Shown here one piece after another: positions 11,101 through 12,555 of a stretch of 12,555 nt of DNA. The stretch lies in the IMG/VR virus record IMGVR_UViG_3300012956_000013; one strand, given 5' to 3'. Source of the stretch: a virus (lineage: Duplodnaviria; Heunggongvirae; Uroviricota; Caudoviricetes; Crassvirales). The notes beneath the pieces are model-generated. The model was not told the origin of the DNA, did not search any database, and was given only the letters and a program-made list of their open reading frames with translations. The position numbers were made by a program, and so were the translations under genes. Every line of letters starts with the position of its first letter. Position 1 is the stretch's first letter.

Positions 11101-12555
11101 AATTGCTAGATGTGTAACACCATGAATTAATTCGTGTGCTAATAATTGAAAAGCTCCCTTATCTATGCGAAGATTTTCTTCATATATATAAATTGAATTG
11201 GTATTAGGTTGATACCAAGCAGCAACTCCTTCTTCTGAAAACTCTTTATTAGAAAATACAACTACCTTAATATTTTTAGCATTTTTAACTGCATCTTTGA
11301 TTAAAGGATTGTCTATAAGTTCTATTGCATATTTTAATATATCAGTAGAATCATCGTTATAAAATTCTTTAACAATTACAGGTTTTATGCCTTTTTCACT
11401 AGTTTCTCTCTTTTCTTTAATTATCTGCTTTACTTTAGCATCTAATACATTTTGTCTATTTTCTTCTGATATTTGTGATATTTTAGAAGTTAATTTATAA
11501 AAACCTTTGACAAATCTTTTTGGAAACTTGAAAGTTTTACCATCAGCAGTTTCAAAAACAAAAGTTTCAGATTTACTATTATTTAATTCTTTTTTAACTT
11601 GGTCAAATACAGATGAAGTAAACCCAAATGAAAATATTTTATCGAAATTTTCTTTAACGGAATTTTCTATAACTTCATTTTGTTTTTCTAGAATTTCATA
11701 AAAATTAGGATAAACTTTACTTTCTCCTATAAACATAATATGTTCAGGGTACACACCAGTTTGATTTAATACTTCAGATAAAGAAGGACTTCTATCTCTT
11801 GAAAATCCCCCAAAAAAAGCAAAATCTTTTTTACTTGTATCATATTGTACATTATCAAAAGTAATTTCATCTATACTTTTAACATTTGCTCCTGATGCTC
11901 TATTAAACAACATTAAAGCTAAATCATCATCTTTTAATGATGAGCTATTAAAATCTCCTTGTTTATTATCAGAAAATATTTGAATATTAGAATTTAATTT
12001 TTGATTATTTTTATTAAACTTATCAACCCAACTTTTAAACCTTTTTATATCTTGTTTACTACCTAATATATGAATTTGTTCTGGTTCAAATACCACGTAT
12101 TCACTCGCTTCAGGTTCATCTAATATATAAGCGTCATTAGTTGTAGGTTTATTCTTTATTTTACCAAATTCATTATAATCAAAATCTTCTGTATTTTTAA
12201 ATATTTTAGGATTAATTGTATTAATTAATACAGGTATATTTTCACCACCTTTTTTATTATAAGGTTTATTTATATCAACTCTTCTATATTGAGTTGCATA
12301 ATTAAAATCTTTTGTAAAATAAATACCTTTACCATAATTAAATGTACTATCGGTAAATTCTTGTATATCATTAGCTGTACCATGATAAACAATATCTTTT
12401 ACTTTAGATTCTGGAAAAATAGTATCAAGATATTGAGAGTATAGTTGTTGAGCTTGTTGTTTATAGTCTATGTTAAACTTCAAACTTTGTTCATCAGCGG
12501 TAGCTCTATTTACAACTCCTTCTTTTATTAAAGAATTCCATAATCTCCTTGCATC
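8182..12555 (-). CDS. Giant polyvalent virion cargo protein, 5'-truncated (at least 1457 aa)
   Basis: The frame stays open upstream of the track's TTG (12483) to the window edge, adding DARRLWNSLIKEGVVNRATADEQS, so the true start lies outside the window. It contains two ART-like modules, an HELIH zincin and a nucleotidyltransferase motif set, and ends KKGDC-TAA. Confidence 0.93.
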   Translation of the reverse strand, partial: DARRLWNSLIKEGVVNRATADEQSLKFNIDYKQQAQQLYSQYLDTIFPESKVKDIVYHGTANDIQEFTDSTFNYGKGIYFTKDFNYATQYRRVDINKPYNKKGGENIPVLINTINPKIFKNTEDFDYNEFGKIKNKPTTNDAYILDEPEASEYVVFEPEQIHILGSKQDIKRFKSWVDKFNKNNQKLNSNIQIFSDNKQGDFNSSSLKDDDLALMLFNRASGANVKSIDEITFDNVQYDTSKKDFAFFGGFSRDRSPSLSEVLNQTGVYPEHIMFIGESKVYPNFYEILEKQNEVIENSVKENFDKIFSFGFTSSVFDQVKKELNNSKSETFVFETADGKTFKFPKRFVKGFYKLTSKISQISEENRQNVLDAKVKQIIKEKRETSEKGIKPVIVKEFYNDDSTDILKYAIELIDNPLIKDAVKNAKNIKVVVFSNKEFSEEGVAAWYQPNTNSIYIYEENLRIDKGAFQLLAHELIHGVTHLAINYDISFKNEIKELIKEVKNKTGKKYQKDNKDSIYGLKDEHEFLSEAFSNPLFKQLLESIEEEKETSLSLWQKFINAIFNLFNKTSKYKTETYKISTFDKLNSIIQINNFKFYNVSNINDNTRLANFISQKSQENNSFQQFQQSLNKPNTNPVLQGNQQEQVKKFDELQERLSNKEFIEGAKNAFESSEELQNVYYEATGVENKQNTIASTIFELEPDITKEKLRTIYNNYVALINRKREGKAISYDVFESLLKTFQVYKHKDTYIFGNYDINTATFITRINSSPSSKELLAEAIPNIVKNGLDFISFVPKDYADKLVRSGYAASTSSFNYNFKGEEMDKFAVASNPNVFKKIFNKSYEDVTSKEIEYYNQSQNLKYTPVEINSELIKKAGKDASKIFETYLYQFGITVKDINEIKDKLEIDEIGVADLLSKIAYIKDKKDLPIIAGEFIAYMMQYNPLVTDIITELSKTDKYKNLDKSQYFKLIGELVSQDLQNKIKGNYNQSLIDKIKELVNKFLELFMSVPIDTINTNIGIISNNVLQQNKKLITASLYKPGAFGKPTQQVNIEEALKKDKFGASIIYKLSKLGFILTGSTALSEQGVILRPDENPLHDIDWVSPFSRKETEEKFLKSYPNAVKVRDIYGDGYITDSYLITPEGYSISNYKADNFNGKIIINSYDVIDSKGNVVGTYRLQKQEGNNQSEEIVTGVEGKVIDFFSYENYSDKNLNNPFNYKSKEGTVIQLANWKDVFKAKLDFARYKDIWDYNRFIPNENIQTPLEQKQDALNAYTDYIARVSLGIVKNPSSGKYNYESKVKDIVYHQTDSTFDKFKKRFSKELGYEVPIYFSKTSKDKTVFGINLDEGGNSKNEIAAIVDSNNPIESNSLENSKYGNLKQYNLANNDSIIINQLSAKERGVESISNTPAIKWIAVKEPEQIHVLGSKQDIEGFKNWTEKNNGMLSSQKLLDNLQFKKGDC
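8190..8195 (-). promoter_or_regulatory. Shine-Dalgarno-like AAGGAG upstream of the 1981-aa gene
   Basis: The minus strand reads AAGGAG-ATTGCTA-ATG (7-nt spacer). It also encodes KGD of the upstream protein, so it may be coincidental. Confidence 0.4.
8275..8316. repeat. Dispersed direct repeat A, copy 2 (partner 12046..12087)
   Basis: tatatcttgtttactacctaataCGtgGatttgttctggttc versus tatatcttgtttactacctaataTAtgAatttgttctggttc, 39/42 identical; encodes EPEQIH(I/V)LGSKQDI. Confidence 0.9.
8647..8676. repeat. Dispersed direct repeat B, copy 2 (partner 12382..12411)
   Basis: atgataaacaatatcCtttactttCgattc versus atgataaacaatatcTtttactttAgattc, 28/30 identical; encodes ESKVKDIVYH. Confidence 0.9.
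8810..9370 (-). other. Pol-beta superfamily nucleotidyltransferase domain, AbiEii/MenT-like motif set
   Basis: Motifs in order: FILTGSTAL (G-S at 9330..9325), R..HDIDW (9273..9259), strand KVIDFF, and C-terminal KAKLDFARYKDIWD (8856..8815). Confidence 0.75.
10850..11300 (-). other. Zincin metallopeptidase domain (polyvalent-protein MPTase type)
   Basis: Motifs in order: AAWYQPNTNSIYI, AHELIHGVT (HELIH at 11136..11122), and distal YGLKDEHEFLSEAFSNPLF. Confidence 0.88.
12046..12087. repeat. Dispersed direct repeat A, copy 1
   Basis: 39/42 identical to 8275..8316. Confidence 0.9.
12382..12411. repeat. Dispersed direct repeat B, copy 1
   Basis: 28/30 identical to 8647..8676. Confidence 0.9.

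Larger units (their letters stand above)
12025..12465 (-). other. ART-like module 1 (ART-PolyVal type, catalytic-looking)
   Basis: KQQAQQLYSQYLDTIFPESKVKDIVYHGT (H at 12384..12382), GIYFT, YATQY, PVLIN, DAYI, and SEYVVFEPEQI (E at 12102..12100). Confidence 0.82.
1..12555 (-). mobile_element. Bacteriophage genome segment, virion cargo/ejection and fibre module, probably crAss-like (Crassvirales-related)
   Basis: Co-oriented, tightly packed giant AT-rich ORFs carry polyvalent-protein domains (ART, HEXXH zincin, PD-(D/E)XK). They are followed by a Gly-X-Y fibre-like gene, and no cellular housekeeping genes are present. The crAss-like call rests on recalled protein style (M-x-x-C start, hydrophobic helix followed by DDDDD near the C-terminus), not on a search. 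Confidence 0.8.

Noticed and set aside
8408-11701. Plus-strand ORFs 8408..8593, 9991..10197 and 11507..11701
   Set aside because: Antisense shadows of the upstream giant gene.
8275-12411. Diversity-generating retroelement TR/VR pair
   Set aside because: The repeats are short, differences are mostly synonymous and not adenine-specific, and no reverse transcriptase is present in the window.
8186-12483. Track-assigned TTG starts at 8188 and 12483
   Set aside because: 8188 is two codons before a better-supported ATG. 12483 is internal because the frame stays open to the window edge.
2237-12555. crAss-like virion RNA polymerase
   Set aside because: No DFDID/DxDGD catalytic motif was found in either protein; the nearest string, DEFDIQ, does not fit.

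Overview
AT-rich segment of a large dsDNA bacteriophage, most similar in gene style to the virion cargo/ejection-protein region of crAss-like (Bacteroidota-type) phages. Four real genes, all on the minus strand. (1) A 5'-truncated polyvalent protein of at least 1457 aa (8182..>12555): GNAT-like tail at the window edge, ADP-ribosyltransferase (ART)-like module, orphan domain, HEXXH zincin, a long insert ending in an AbiEii/MenT-like nucleotidyltransferase, and a second ART-like module. (2) A 1981-aa ejection-type protein (2237..8182): ART-like, EExxH peptidase-like fold, PD-(D/E)XK nuclease, long helical region and a C-terminal hydrophobic helix. (3) A 79-aa acidic protein. (4) A 3'-truncated Gly-X-Y (GTS-repeat) fibre-like protein of at least 625 aa (<1..1876), missing from the ORF track and translated here by hand. 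All plus-strand ORFs are antisense shadows. Strongest leads: the only two cysteines in about 3,440 visible residues of the two giant proteins sit at their head-to-tail junction; the two ART modules share near-identical short DNA arms around unalignable cores (candidate cassette shuffling); and a toxin-type nucleotidyltransferase is embedded in a probably injected protein. All domain calls come from motif reading, not database searches.
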